The notes beneath the pieces were generated by a model, which was given only the letters and a program-made list of their open reading frames with translations, was not told where the DNA came from and did no database searches. A program made the translations under genes and the position numbers. This document shows, in pieces, positions 51,461 to 64,000 of a DNA stretch of 64,000 bases. The number at the start of each line of letters is the position of its first letter. The first letter of the stretch is position 1. Source of the stretch: Stegostoma tigrinum (taxonomy: Eukaryota); the NCBI RefSeq assembly GCF_030684315.1, contig NC_081386.1, positions 17,059,914 to 17,123,913 of the forward strand, in the 5' to 3' direction.

Positions 51461-51639
51461 CTCCAGCACTATGTTAGTATTTTGTTTGACTAGTGTTGAA
51501 TGTTTATAGTATCCTTATATTTTAGGGACGTGAATTTTAATATACAAGTTAATGCATTTTGGCATTCAGTTCTTTAAGGCCAATTTTTTTTAAAGGTCAG
51601 AAACAGTGGGTTGAAACAAAATTTCCAATAAATCATGGG

Positions 51640-52248
51640 GCCCTGAGATAGATGATTAGTCAAGCTACCTGGTAAGATAAGTGATGAGGAGTTTACATAG
51701 TTGAGTTTTTATGACTCAGATATAGGAGGTTGGATTCCAGAGGCAGATTCAGCTCAGAGATAAATACTCATACCAACAGAGGTGCTGTTGGCAGCCTCAA
51801 AGTAATCATCATAATTGGGAAAAGTCAATGATGCAATCTATGTCTGTACGTGTCAGAGAGTGTCACATCTGGTGAATGTGTAAAACGTTACCACAAGGAA
51901 ACACTTCCAACTCAGTTGAGTAATACGTTAACAGTGAAAATAAGACAGATAGCTCACTGAGGTTGAATCTATGTAAAGGATATTGCTGGGAAAAAGGGCT
52001 GAAATTTTTTGCAGTTTATTTACAAAATCTTTGGAAATTTTCTTATTTATGGTTTTGTTTCTTATTTTATTATATGTAAAACTTTGATGTACTTCTATTG
52101 AAAGTATATCGGCAGGGTTTTTGTTTGAATGCTCAGTGACTGGCCACTACGGTCAATAAACTGAAAAAAAAAATGAATTTATGGTCCATCAAACAAAATT
52201 TCACTCTAGGTCTGAGTTGCCCAGTATTACCATCAGTTTGATGACAGC
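51640..52248 (+). mobile_element. Probable degenerate solo LTR; 5' boundary uncertain
   Basis: 3' part (tattgaaag...tcagtgact...tttcactctagg...cagtattaccatcag) matches 40630-40785 and the minus strand of 32375-32520. Confidence 0.4.
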
Positions 52249-52619
52249 ACAGTAGATGTAGATGCATTTGGGTACACTGTCCCCCCATATTGTGTCTTGC
52301 AAAATCCAGCAAGTTACATTATGTAGATGATCAATTAAAACAATAAAACACGATGGTAAATTGTACAGATGTGCCAAAGGCTTCTAGCATGTTTTTGGTC
52401 ATTAAAAAATGCATAAGTGATTTAACTTATTTCCACAACTGAAAGCCACCACATTAAAATATATAACTCCTAATTTTTAATTGTCTTTTTCTGCTTCCAA
52501 TTTTCTGTAATAGTAAAAGTATTCCATTCCACAAACTGAACATTGGTGAAAGGCAGGGTTATTTGTTCTGGGCAACGGAATGCTTGACATTTCTGGCTGA
52601 CAATTATTATCAACCAATT

Positions 52620-52900
52620 CTATCATTTGGATTAGACATTTCACTGAGACCTCATCTGCTCATCTTAGGTGCAATTAAAAGATTCCATTGCCCTAATTCA
52701 AAGAGGAGCTGTGAAGTTATCCACACTGTCCTGCCCTCAGTTTATCCCTCAAGCAACATCATAAAAAAAAGGAATCAGAAATCATCAGATTGCTGTTAGT
52801 CAAAGATTACTACATGTAGATTTGCTGTCCTTTTTCCCAAATTACAAAAGCGTATACATATAAAAATTACTCCACTGTCTGTAAGACACTTTGGGATGAT
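52620..52900 (+). mobile_element. Deu-domain SINE remnant
   Basis: aaaagattccattg...tttatccctcaagcaacatca...ctgtaagacactttgggatg. Confidence 0.5.
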
Positions 52901-54159
52901 GAAAGGTAGTGTACAATTTATTTAATCCTTTACCTGAGTGGAGTATATCATACTCTGTAGATTAATCTTACTTTGCTTTCTTCAACCATATGAAACAATC
53001 CAACCTCATCAAAAAGAGCAATGTAATGTTTATTTTCAGTTTCCACCACCATTTCTCACTGAGTGCAAACTGACTGTTTTGTGCCACATTAGAGGCAATT
53101 TTGCACTGTAAGCATGCAGAACTCTGGATTGCATGCCCGAGTTAGTTGACATCACCCATATGTTGGCAGAATACAGATATTAGTCTGTGAAACTGACACA
53201 ACCAAAGCAGTAGCAGCACTATCATTTCATACAGAATCTGATTTCCATTCCATCATTCTGGGTCAGATAAACCCTAGGATAGAAAGTCTGAGGCTTTAGC
53301 AAGCCACAGTCCAACTTAGCAAGCCATTTGGTCAAGGGTTGGAGATTGAAAGCTTTCTTGGCTTTGTTTCAATCTCTTTTTTGCTCTTTTCTTGGAGGCA
53401 GATGGTTCTTTTCATCCATTTTCACGCTATCGTTTTGAGATGGTATTGGTGGAAACCTGGCCTTTCTTAATCTTTCTAGTTCCATGTACTCCGGTGAGTC
53501 CAGCTGCAAGTAATCCTAAATTTCATTGATCATAAATGGAGGACAGAATTTAATGTAGATGATGGGGGTTTCACCTGCCTGCTGGAAAGCCCTCAAAATC
53601 TGTACATTGCCTCTTTACAGAAAAGTCCATCACTTCAACTATCAGGCAACTAACTAGACAGCAGTGGGCCCTTCTGGAGGTCAAGAATCCCACTCATTAA
53701 AGGCTGCCAGATAATCAGAGGCCAGTAGATCTGCATTGCTCAGTGGGGAGGCGCTGATTGCTGCTGGCAATACACCCAGCAGAAACCCACGATCACTGAA
53801 GAACACAAGGGAATGGAGAGGGGGATCATAGAGTGCACAGAGCTGAGTTTTGGCAGTAAGGGCAGTGCCCCTCAATACTGGATCCCTCAATCAGGCACCG
53901 AGTGTCCACGAACAGGGATTCCACAAACAGCGATGAGATATATGATCAGATATTTCATTTTAATGATACAGCTAAGGAACTAAGTTGACCAAATAAGCAG
54001 GAGTTTCTTAGAATATTGCCATGGAACCACTTATCCACGTCAGAGGCAACTATAACCTCGGTTTAATGTATTGTCAAAAAGACAACAGAATTCTGCACAA
54101 ATGTATCAGTCCAGAGTTTGTGCTCAAGTCTCTAGTTGCCCCCGAGGTCCATTTTAAAA

Positions 54160-54402
54160 TCTTTCCTCTCAGATCTTAAACCTCTAGTTTTGGATTTCCC
54201 TACTCTGGAAACTGTTCAACTTATCCATACCTTCATGATTTTATAACCTTCCATAAGATCACTTTTCATCCTCCGACACTCCAGGAAAAACAGCCGCAGC
54301 CTATTGAGCCTTTCCGGAAATCTCAAGTTTCACAACAGCTTTCCTGTAGCAGGAAGACCAGAATCGAATACAGAATTCCAAAAGTGGCTTAACCAAAATC
54401 CT
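54160..54402 (-). mobile_element. CR1 LINE fragment interrupted by the PLE below
   Basis: ttcatgattttataacc...attccaaaagtggcttaaccaa, continuing briefly after 55090. Confidence 0.7.
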
Positions 54403-55080
54403 AGATAATAAAATGTGAAGCTGGATGAACACAGCAGGCCCAGCAGCATCTCAGGAGCACAAAAGCTGACGTTTCGGGCCTAGACCCTTCATCAGAGAGG
54501 GGGATGGGGTGATGGTTCTGGAATAAATAGGGAGACAGGGGGAGGCGGACCGAAGATGGAGAGAAAAGAAGATAGGTGGAGAGGAGAGTATAGTGGGGAG
54601 GTAGGGATGGGATGGGTCAGTCCAGGGAAGATGGACAGGTCAAGGAGGTGGGATGAGGTTAGTAGGTAGGACATGGAGGTGTGGCTTAGGGTGGGAGGAA
54701 GGGATGGGTGAGAGGAAGAACAGGTTTGGGAGGCAGAGACAGGTTGGACTGGTTTCGGGATGCAGTGGGTGGAGGGGAAGAGCTGGGCTGGTTGTGTGGT
54801 GCAGTGGGGGGAGGGGACGAACTGGGCTGGTTTTGGGATGCGGTGGGGGAAGGGGAGATTTTGAAGCTGGTGAAGTCCACATTGTTACCATTGGGCTGCA
54901 GGGTTCCCAAGTGGAATATGAGTTGCTGTTCCTGCAAACTTCGGGTGGCATCATTGTGTCACTGCAGGAGGCCCATGATGGACATGTCAACTAAAGAATG
55001 GGAGGGGGAGTGGAAATGGTTTGCGACTGGGAGGTGCAGTTGTTTATTGCGAACCGAGCGGAGGTGTTCTGCAAAGCGGT
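54403..55080 (-). mobile_element. PLE 3' fragment with intact hammerhead core and 10-bp TSD
   Basis: Minus ORF EQQLIFHLGTLQPNGNNVDF (PLE endonuclease C-terminus). TSD ccaaaatcct at 54393-54402 and 55081-55090. Confidence 0.9.
54468..54495 (-). ncRNA. Candidate minimal hammerhead ribozyme core in a PLE tail
   Basis: Minus strand reads CTGATGA-A-GGGTCTAGGCCC-GAAAC-GTC: CUGANGA box, helix II, GAAA box, GUC triplet. Local stem I is weak. Confidence 0.65.
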
Positions 55081-56544
55081 CCAAAATCCTGTTTAGCCGA
55101 AACGTGACATCCCAACTCATGACCTTTCGATTTTAGAGAGGACAGTGCCACTAATGAGCTGGCACTGGTGAGAGGTTGGGCCTTGATAATCTACATGTTA
55201 AATAGCAATGGAAAATGGGGCTGATCAGCTCTGCCATCTTCTTTCACAGTTGCAGCTTTATCTTTACACTATTGTTAGTCATGTCCCACCAGGCATTTTT
55301 GATGAATTAATCCAACTGAAGCCCTGAAGAAATTCCAACAGGGTTTACTTTTTGGACTTCTCACAGGCCACGTCCCCGGCCTGTCACTGGGTGAATACCA
55401 ATGGTAGCAGGATGAGATCCAAAGCGGACATAATTGTCTGCCTAAAGACTGCTATTTGGAAGATGTTCAGGAATGCTGCCCATGGACTTTTGTGAGGAAG
55501 AGGCAAGAAGGTGATGAGGACACCACCTGACTAATACCACACACCATGGTCAATCGCACCATAAACATATGTGGGCCCCAAAATGCTGTATTCTATCAAC
55601 AAGTTATTTAAGTGAGATTGATTGCTGTATTTAGACCACTGAAAACACCACTTGGGTGGGATTTTCCTAACTGTCAGCACGCTGCTGTTTGTTGGAGTGT
55701 CACTGAATCAGAGCTTTGCAGTTTCGAGTCACAATCAAAGGATTTGAGAGTACAATCTGAGTCAACATTTCAAAACAACACAGAGGCAATGCTGCAAATT
55801 TCGTCAATTCCTTTATCACAGTTTTCTGATGAAAAGCTTGTGACATTAAATTCAAACTGTACTACCATGTCCTTTTTCAGTCTGAATGGCTTCAAAGGAA
55901 AGATCAATGAAGGTGTATTTTAGTAAATGAAGCAATATATAACAACCTTCTGAAACAGACTGAAAGTGAATTCTCACTTTCTCCATACTGGGAGTTTTTG
56001 ATCGCAGTGTTTAGAAGAGTCTTGTCAAGCAGTATTCTGGTAATGGAAGAAATGTAATCAATGCACTTTTGTACGTGACCATACCAGTCTAATGTTCACT
56101 ATTAATGACACTCTTGTATATTTATGAAGAGTTTGTTCTCCTTCCTCTGGTGGGCTGCGTCTGTCCGAAAGCTCTTGTGTACAAACTGGTATTATAAAGT
56201 GATACTGCAATCACTTCATGGGTTTTTAATCGGGATTGAAGCTACACACAATTGCAATGCAATGTAGGGTCCTAAATATGATAAGCAGTGTGTGTAACTG
56301 GCTTGTTGCACACTCCCTTTTAGATTGATGTCTGCCACACTTTTGCTCATAGAGGAATGTTATTTATATGCAATCTGTTTACTCACTGCTTAGCATATTT
56401 CTGATGACAGTGTCGTCAAGTCTCCATTCTTCTTATAAGCAACATTGCATGCAGACACACTAGGAGGTGAGACAAGGAAGGGTAGTTTTAGACAGCTGGA
56501 GTCATCAAAAATATCTTCTGGGACATGACAGGACTTGGTTATTA

Positions 56545-56895
56545 AATTCACTTACGGGATGTGAACATCAATAGCTGGGCCAGCATTTATTGCCCAGCTC
56601 TAACTGATCAGAGGGCTGTTAAGAGTCAACCACACTGCGGTGGCTCTGGAGTCACATATAAGCCAGTCCAGGTAAGGATAGCATTTTATCCTTCCCTAAT
56701 GTGCATCAGTAAACAAGATGGGTTTTTTTATGGCAAACAACAGTTGTTTCATGGTAATCGTTAGATGTCTAGTTCCAGATTTTTATTGAGTACAAATTCC
56801 ACCATCTGCCATGACAAAATTCAAAACCGGGCAACTGAAACATTGCCTGAGTCTCTGGATTACTAGTCTAGTGATAGTACTACTAGGCCATCTCT
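56545..56895 (-). mobile_element. tRNA-SINE (34262 family)
   Basis: ccagcatttattgcc...gttaagagtcaaccac...ttccaccatctgccatg. Confidence 0.8.
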
Positions 56896-58427
56896 ACCCC
56901 ACTTGTTATTTACACAGGCTAAAGATTAGGCTACGTGGACCCAAAATTTCTCACGTTGTGCTAGCTCACAACTGTTACTTTTGTCTCCAAATCGGAAGCT
57001 CGTGGGAACAAGGTTTTCTACAGAGATTTGACCACAAAATTTAAGCTGCTACATCCACACAGAGCTGCACTGCCTTTTGAATGAGACATTAAATGAAGGC
57101 CCCAATTTTTGGCTGCAAAAAAGATTCCATGGCACTATACTAAGAAGCATGGAGGGGTGTTTCTCTGGTCCCACAAACAGCAACTTTCAGATATAACATT
57201 TTAGAGATATTGGTTAACAGACTAAGGTTGGCCAAGGTGGCATTTGAACCCATATCTACAGAACATTAGCCTAGGGTTTTGGATTGCTAGTGCAGTGACA
57301 TAATCACAATGTCAACAAGTTCCCATTGAGTGTAAAAGAGTGAAATTCAATAGTTTTGTCGAAAAATAAATTGACTCAAATAGCCTTTCCTTATCCACTT
57401 TTGATAAACATCTGTACGAAATAAACAGTTTTGTTTTAAAAAGCAAACCATTTGATTAAGCCTCAATTAAGTTACTTGAGAGAAGTCTGAAATAAAATGA
57501 AAACTGTTTGATAATCTCAGAAATGATTAACTCTTATTATGACTTGAAATCAATACATTCTATCAGGCTAGTAAAGTACTCATCTTTCCTCTGTGAAAGG
57601 GACAGTCCCACCAGCATACAGTCAAATCAGATAACCTGACCATAATGACATTGAGCTAGCCAGTTGTTCCATTAGCTCACGTCGTTTCCTCATGTACCTC
57701 ATTTCAGTAAAACTTTGTAACAACCACAAGGTGTCACTTCATCTACAAGAGCTGATCCTGAGACAGAAGAGTTAAATTCCCTACTGTGTTTCTCCACTAT
57801 GAGGTACAGACATGTTGAATTCAACACTGTCATTTCTACTTCGAACTCTGAGTCCAATCCTTCCTCGATACTTTGATTCAAAGTTGCATGACAGCAACTA
57901 TCTCATGCCCTTTCACTGTACTTATGATTACAGTTGAAAAATCTCAGTATTCATCTCCCTCAGAACTTTGAGTTTCCTAATCAGATTACAATGCTTTACT
58001 GTTCTACATAGCACAACAACAACCACAATTACACTGTTAATTTTCTTAGCTCACAGACCATTTACAGAAGAATTTTTTCAGAGCTATCATTTAAATAGCA
58101 CCTTTTGCAACCTCAGTACATTGCACAGTGCTTGTGTCGGAAGAGCAGATTTACAGTTCATATCTCAATATCCAGCCAACCAATATTGTATACAAAAGAG
58201 GAGAGAAGGCAAATGTAATAGAATTTGACTACTGCAGAAAAGACATTTATCAAATCTTTACTTCTTGCCCTCATCAGGACATTTGCAAGAATACCAATAT
58301 AAAAGCAAACATAAAACTTTTATACTGAATGAAAAGAGAATGCTGATTAGTTGGCTAGCTGACTCCAGTTAGATTAAGGCATTGCCATGGAGATTACACC
58401 AGTTAGATAATGATCAACAGTTAACAA

Positions 58428-59269
58428 AGTGTAGAGCTGGATGAACACAGCAGGCCCACCATCCCCTACAGGGGGAAGTGCTACACCTCCCCCCAACCCC
58501 ATCCCAAGCCCTAAGAAGACGTTGATGTTGACCTGCACATCTGCGTAGTATACTGTATCCACTGTTCTTGTTGTGGCCTCCTCTACATCGGGGAAACCAA
58601 GCAGAGGCTTGGGGACCGCTTTGCGGAACACCTACGCTCGGTTCATAACAAACAGCTGCAACTACCAGTCGCAAACCATTTCAACTTCCACTCTCACTCC
58701 CTGGATGACATGTCCATCCTGGGCCTCCTGCAGTGCCACAACAATGCCATCTGAACATTGCAGGAACAGCAGCTCGCATTTCACTTGGGAGCCCTACAGC
58801 CCAATGGTATCAATGTGGACTTCACAAGCTTCAAAATCTCCCCTTCCCCGACCACATCAAAAACCAGTCCAACTCTTACTTGCCTCCCTAACCTGTCCTC
58901 CCAACTATCCACTCCCCCCACTTCAAGCCCCACCACCATCTCCCACCTACTAGCCTCATCCCGCCTCCCTGAACTGACCTATCCTCTCCCCAGCTCCCCA
59001 TCTACAATCACCTTTACTGGATCCAACCCTGCCTCCTCGATCTGTCTGTCTCTTCTCCACCTATCTTCTCCTTTATCCATCTTCTATCCGCTCCCCCCTT
59101 TCTCTCTATTTACTTCAGAATCCCCTTCCCCGCTCCCCCATTTCTGAAGAAGGGTCTTGACCCGAAACGTCAGCTTTCCTGCTCCTCTGATGCTGCATGG
59201 CCTGCTGTGTTCATCCAGCTCTACGCCTTGTTACCTCAGATTCTCCAGCATCTGCAGTTCCTACTATCC
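58428..59269 (+). mobile_element. PLE 3' fragment (GIY-YIG) with a short inverted tail at its 5' end and 10-bp TSD
   Basis: Encodes LLYIGETKQRLGDRFAEH and FHLGALQPNGINVDF. TSD cagttaacaa at 58418-58427 and 59270-59279. Segment ~58422-58456 is the reverse complement of ~59199-59233. Confidence 0.9.
59144..59171 (+). ncRNA. Candidate minimal hammerhead ribozyme core in a PLE tail
   Basis: CTGAAGA-A-GGGTC-TT-GACCC-GAAAC-GTC, with perfect helix II, palindromic ACGT helix III and a GUC triplet. Confidence 0.65.
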
Positions 59270-59429
59270 CAGTTAACAACAAAACTCTGTTTAAGGCATG
59301 TTGACTCTGAATGCTTAAGGCATTGTCCTAAGGAATGACTCAGAGAATCAATGTTGCATGTAAACAAGACACCAGTGTATGTGGGTGCGCCTCTAGGAGA
59401 AGGGGAGTCATGAAAATGGAGGACAGTTA

Positions 59430-59880
59430 ACGATCTGAAATTACTGAACTCTAGGTTGAATCCAAATGGCTGTAAAGTGCCTAAGTGAATAATTTGGTTC
59501 AGTTCCTGCAGCTTACATTGGGCTTTGCTATAAAAGTACAGCAGGCCCAAGACAAAAACTTTAGCATGATGGTGTACTGAAATGGCAAGCAACTTGAAGA
59601 TCGGAATCATTCTTGCTGACAGAATAAAGGTATTTCACAAAATGATCACTCAGTCTTCATTTGATCTTGTCAGTTTCGAGAAGAACCACATTGTGAGCGG
59701 TGAACACAGTACACTAGATTGAAAGAACAAGTAAATCACTGCTTCACCAGGTAAGGATGTCTGAGTCTTTGGACAGTGAGGATGGAGGAGATAAAGGTGC
59801 AAGTTTACATCTTCTGCAATTTCATGAGAAGGTGCCATGACAGGATGAGGAAAGTTGGAAGTGATGGAAGAGTGGATCAT
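59430..59880 (-). mobile_element. Older, divergent PLE endonuclease remnant
   Basis: Minus ORF includes IIHLGTLQPFGFNLEFSNFR. Confidence 0.65.
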
Positions 59881-60467
59881 CATCCCTCCTTTTTTTCAGA
59901 ATGAATTGTATTGAATTCAAATTTAAAGAGAATTCTATCATATTATGATTACTATTTTCCAAAGTTTAATTTAGAGAAAAGTTGGCAATTAGTCTTTTCT
60001 CACTAAACAACACTAAATCCAAAACACATTTTAGCAAAGATTAAGTCTCATCTGTATATCAAGGTACATCGCATCCTTACAGTACATATGTTTTTGAGCA
60101 TTACTCTCTGCAGCCAAATTAGACACGGATTTCCATCAATTACTCATACAACTCTAATAGTAAGTGGGGTTGTCAGAGGTTTGACTGGCTCTCCACCTTT
60201 GCCAGAGATGCAAGGAAACAGGGCCAATGGAAGTACTCGGATTAAAGGCCAGCTCTCCATTCATGTAGATGCTTTGCGATGAGGCTGTTTTGTGCGCCAC
60301 TTCTCGTCCTCAGAATTTACAGGATGGTTAGTATAAATAACTTCTCTGTAAAATAAATGTTCAGATTTGTTAACCAGAGGGAAGTCTCTTGGAGATTATG
60401 GAGAGTAATACATCAAGTCAAATGTAGGGCTCCTGTGGTGCCATGGTAGTATCCCTACTTTATTTTT

Positions 60468-60795
60468 TATTTATTCACAGGAGGAGGGCATTGCCAACCA
60501 GGCCAACAGTTATTGCTCATCCCAGAGGGCAGTTAAGAGTCAAACACATTGCTGTGGGTCTGGAGTCATATGTAATCCAGACCAAGTAGGGATAGCAAAT
60601 TCTTTCTTTAAAGAACATTAGCGAACAAGACTTTTTTTCCCAACAATATGGTCATCATCAGAATCTTATTCCAGATTTTGTTTGAATTCAAATTTCATCA
60701 TCTGCCATGGTTGGATTTGAACCCAGGTCCCCAGAACTCTACCTGGGCCTCTGGATTAACAGCCCAGCGATTATACCACTAAGACTTTGCTTTCC
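60468..60795 (-). mobile_element. tRNA-SINE (34262 family)
   Basis: cccagagggcagttaagagtcaaacacattgctgtgggtctggagtca...ggatttgaacccaggtcccc. Confidence 0.82.
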
Positions 60796-62087
60796 CTAAG
60801 GGAAGACTTTGGGTCTGAAGGCCAAGTTCCACCTCCTCCTCAGGTGCATAACAACACCTCTAAACATGTTAGTTCAACAATCTAAAAAATATCTTCATTG
60901 TTTCTTCTTTATCAGTTCACTCTCCTATAATCTCTTAGCAAACATATATGCCAGTAGCCTACCCCTGTCATGACTGATGTCTGCTTTTTGTCTGATGTGC
61001 CTCCCTGTTCGTGATACAGCAACTCAAAATTCAGATTATCTTCCCCAGCATTTCTAGGTGTTTACAGCCTCTCATTTACAGCAAGTGAGATTCTAAATCC
61101 AAAACGAAGGGTTCATTCCTGGTTCCCAGCTCATGACCACAAGTTGGTGTGAATTTCTCAGCCAATGTGTAAGGATTTCCTTGAAGTGAAGTAAAATGTG
61201 AACCTCACTTACTTTGTGTTCTTGTGGTCCCAGTCCTGAGGAAACATCGTTGCACATCTCCACGTTCACATAGTCTCATGATACCGCTGCTTAGCTCAGG
61301 TCCTCATGAGAAACTGACCTCTTTCCCCAAGAATTCCAAACACAATACCACCTGTAAGCTTTCATGGTGAAGTGTCCTTTGCCAGTGATATCAATTAGTT
61401 AATAGACTTGGCAAAGAAGTGTGATATGAACATCTTCTGATCCAAGCGAATTTCCCTTCACAATGATTCATTACAGCTAATGGTCTGTTGGAGTGTCAGA
61501 TAGAGGTCCCAGCAGTTACACTCATCCTAATCATCATCTCCAGACTTTAAAACCTGATCACTTGATTCAATGTCCTCACCTTGCACTGATTTTGTATGGA
61601 AATGTGCAAAAGAGCTATTGGAGCCGTAAAGCAAAATTTCACCAATTGACCGCAGAGAATTCTTCTCCCATCCTGGAAATAAGGCACCCACATCTCCTTA
61701 TGTTTGACCAACTATGACTCATTAAATAAGTTGCTTGAAATTTGGGGAGAAACCATAGCATTCATGCATTTATCCCCTTCATCTAACTGAGCATCAGTGG
61801 ATATATGTTACATTTCACAACAAAACTCTGATTTCGTTTTAGTGTCGCTGTTTGTGATCTGTCATGTGATGGGTGGATTATTATATTGGACGACAGTATT
61901 GCAAGCATATTGTAAATGTTTTTTGCCAGATCCTTTGGAATATCTTAGGTAGATTCACTGTCAACAGTCCTTCTTGTTGGTATTAGTCAAACTACTAATA
62001 CCATGTGGGTAAGGATACCTACATGACACCAAAGGCAAAAGTTGGTTGCATTGATTAAACAGTAAAGGATTTTTATTTTTAAAAAAT

Positions 62088-62400
62088 CATTCAAGTAATA
62101 AGGGAATCACCAGCTGGGCCAGAATTTATTGCCTATCCCTAATTGCTCATAGCACAGTTAAGAGTCAACTACATTGCTGTGGGCTGAGTCACACGTAGGC
62201 CAGACCAAGTAAAGATAGCGGTTTCCATCCATAAAGGACATTAGTGAAACAGATGGGACTTTCTTAAAAATTGGCAATAGAATTATGGCCATCACTTATT
62301 CCAGATTTTTACTGAATTCAAATCCCAGCATGTGCTGTGGTGAGCTCCAAAGCCACGTCCCCAGGACATCACAATGCGCTGGGGACACTTGGCCATTGCC
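62088..62400 (-). mobile_element. tRNA-SINE (34262 family)
   Basis: tttattgcctatccctaattg...cacattgctgtggg...aaaggacattagtgaa. Confidence 0.75.
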
Positions 62401-62469
62401 TCCCTTAGTCTCCCCTATTACTTGGTAGCAAGTTACATTACATCAAAGTTAAATAAGAGTAAAAGAATT

Positions 62470-62815
62470 AGGGGCAGGAGTAGGCAATTCAGCTCCAGAA
62501 GCCTGCTCCACCATTTAATATGATTACGATTGATCTCATTTTGGCCTCAACTCCATTTTGCTAGCTGCTCTCATCACCCTTTAACCTACATTTAATTAAA
62601 AATCTACCTCCTCCTTAAATTTATTCAATGTCCAAGCATCCACTGCACTCTGAGGTAGTGAATTCCAAAGATTCAGGGCCCTTTAAGAGTTGTACTTCCA
62701 CCTCATGTTTTCAATCGTCACCTTCGCCTAAAATTGTGACTTCTCATTTTAGATTACCCGACAAGAGGAAACATCTGCTCCAAGCCTACTTTGTCAATCA
62801 CTTTTAGGTTCTTAT
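62470..62815 (-). mobile_element. CR1 LINE 3' tail fragment
   Basis: gcaggagtaggcaattcagc...ggtagtgaattcca...aagaggaaacatctgctc. Confidence 0.7.
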
Positions 62816-63699
62816 ACATGCCTGTCCTTTGAGATATCAGGCTCAATCTACAAACAAATGCACATTACTACTTACTAAGAACAACTGAAAAATATATTAG
62901 CATATGAAGAACTAGTAGTGCACTGATTGGCTCTTGCGAGGAACTGTCTTTTATATTCTGATAGAAATTATCTTTCAGTACTCTTTTGGGTACTAGCTGT
63001 CTTCTACAACTTCAAGAACATTAGCAGCTCATGGAATTGTATTGCATCTTTTAGTGGAGGAAGTTCCTCAATGTTTGTGATATTATCATTGTGATGGGAT
63101 GATGAGCAATCAGAATTAAAATGCTGCAGTAGAAAGGCTAATACTACAATTGCTCACTGTGCAGTATGTCTCCAGTAAATTGTGAAATCCTTAATCCAGA
63201 TTCTTACACTGCTACACAACAGGATGACTATATTTTGTAGACATTACATGAAAAATGTACACTTCAAAGAATATACAGAATGTAAACAATTCTGTACATA
63301 TTAGCTACAGCATGGTTTGTAGAAAGTATTAGTATTTTTAAAACTGTTAGAAATCTATTCTGCACGCAATATTGCCAAATATTAAAATAAACCTAAGCAG
63401 AGGAAACTGTAAGGATTCATTTGTTGGACAGAATTGTTTTTCTTTGAAGGCACAGGACCCAGAGTTTGGGCAGTTCTGAACAAAGGAATAATATTTAACT
63501 TTAAACAAATATTTTAGGCTATTGACTATTTCAGAATTCAAGGGTTTTTTACTTCAATCTTTCAGTTTATAGAATTGACCTGAGTCCCATTTTTGTTAAG
63601 TGAATACTGCATATTGCTTCAAGCAAGTTTATGTTAAAAAGTGGGTAAAATGAAGATTCTAGCCATGATCCTGGATTCAAATGTTTGAGACCTGTGTTC

Positions 63700-64000
63700 A
63701 AATCAAAAAGGACTTAGATGGAAACACAGCTTTTCATAATGTCACAAAGAGCTCTACAGTTAATTACCATACTTTTCAATTGTGATCACTGTTGTAGCAT
63801 AACAGCCCATTTCTGCACAAGTACCATCTCCCCCCTCTCAGAGCAAACCTCCACCAACAGCACTGTGATAATAACCAGATCATTTATTTTTCTGCTGCAA
63901 CTAGAAGGTTAAATATTAGCCAGGATACCAGAATACCTCCATTGCTATTCTTTAAAATAGTGCCTTGAGATCTGTTACATCCACTTGAGCAGATGGGCTA
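63700..64000 (-). mobile_element. Deu-domain SINE, running off the window end
   Basis: gataataaccagatcattt...aaatattagccaggatacc...aaatagtgccttgagatc...catccacttgagcaga. Confidence 0.55.

Noticed and set aside
53402-53499. Possible exon or signal-peptide exon (MVLVETWPFLIFLVPCTP|gtgagt), e.g. the start of lipc
   Set aside because: Good-looking donor, but only 18 codons, no recognisable homology and no downstream partner exons in the window.
383-59260. Recurrent ctggatgaacacagcagg motif as a CRISPR-like or regularly spaced array
   Set aside because: Copies are dispersed, in both orientations, TSD-flanked and part of PLE tails. The DNA is eukaryotic and no cas genes are present.

Overview
Eukaryotic, repeat-rich vertebrate genomic DNA, almost certainly a shark: it has HE1-type V-SINEs, Deu-domain SINEs, abundant CR1 LINEs and Penelope-like elements (PLEs). 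The only host gene I can support is an aquaglyceroporin on the + strand, best matching aqp9. Coding exons 3-6 are at 12601-12738, 12817-12935, 22330-22547 and 27671-27863, with canonical splice sites and family-typical sizes of 138/119/218 bp. I did not find exons 1-2, which probably lie upstream of the window. The rest is introns and intergenic DNA filled with CR1/L2 LINE fragments, SINEs, Ty3/Gypsy remnants, solo LTRs and many PLE insertions. Highlights: (1) Gly instead of Tyr/Cys at the loop-E ar/R filter position of the channel; (2) a stop-free, in-frame 78-nt intron; (3) PLE tails carrying minimal hammerhead-ribozyme cores and fold-back structures, including a 118-bp loopless palindrome; (4) a hidden 120-codon frame that reappears when two nested insertions are excised; (5) a duplicated ~0.9-kb non-coding block that keeps RFX X-box-like motifs and a spaced palindrome. 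All family assignments come from motif recognition by eye, not from database searches. Repeat boundaries without a target-site duplication (TSD) are approximate.
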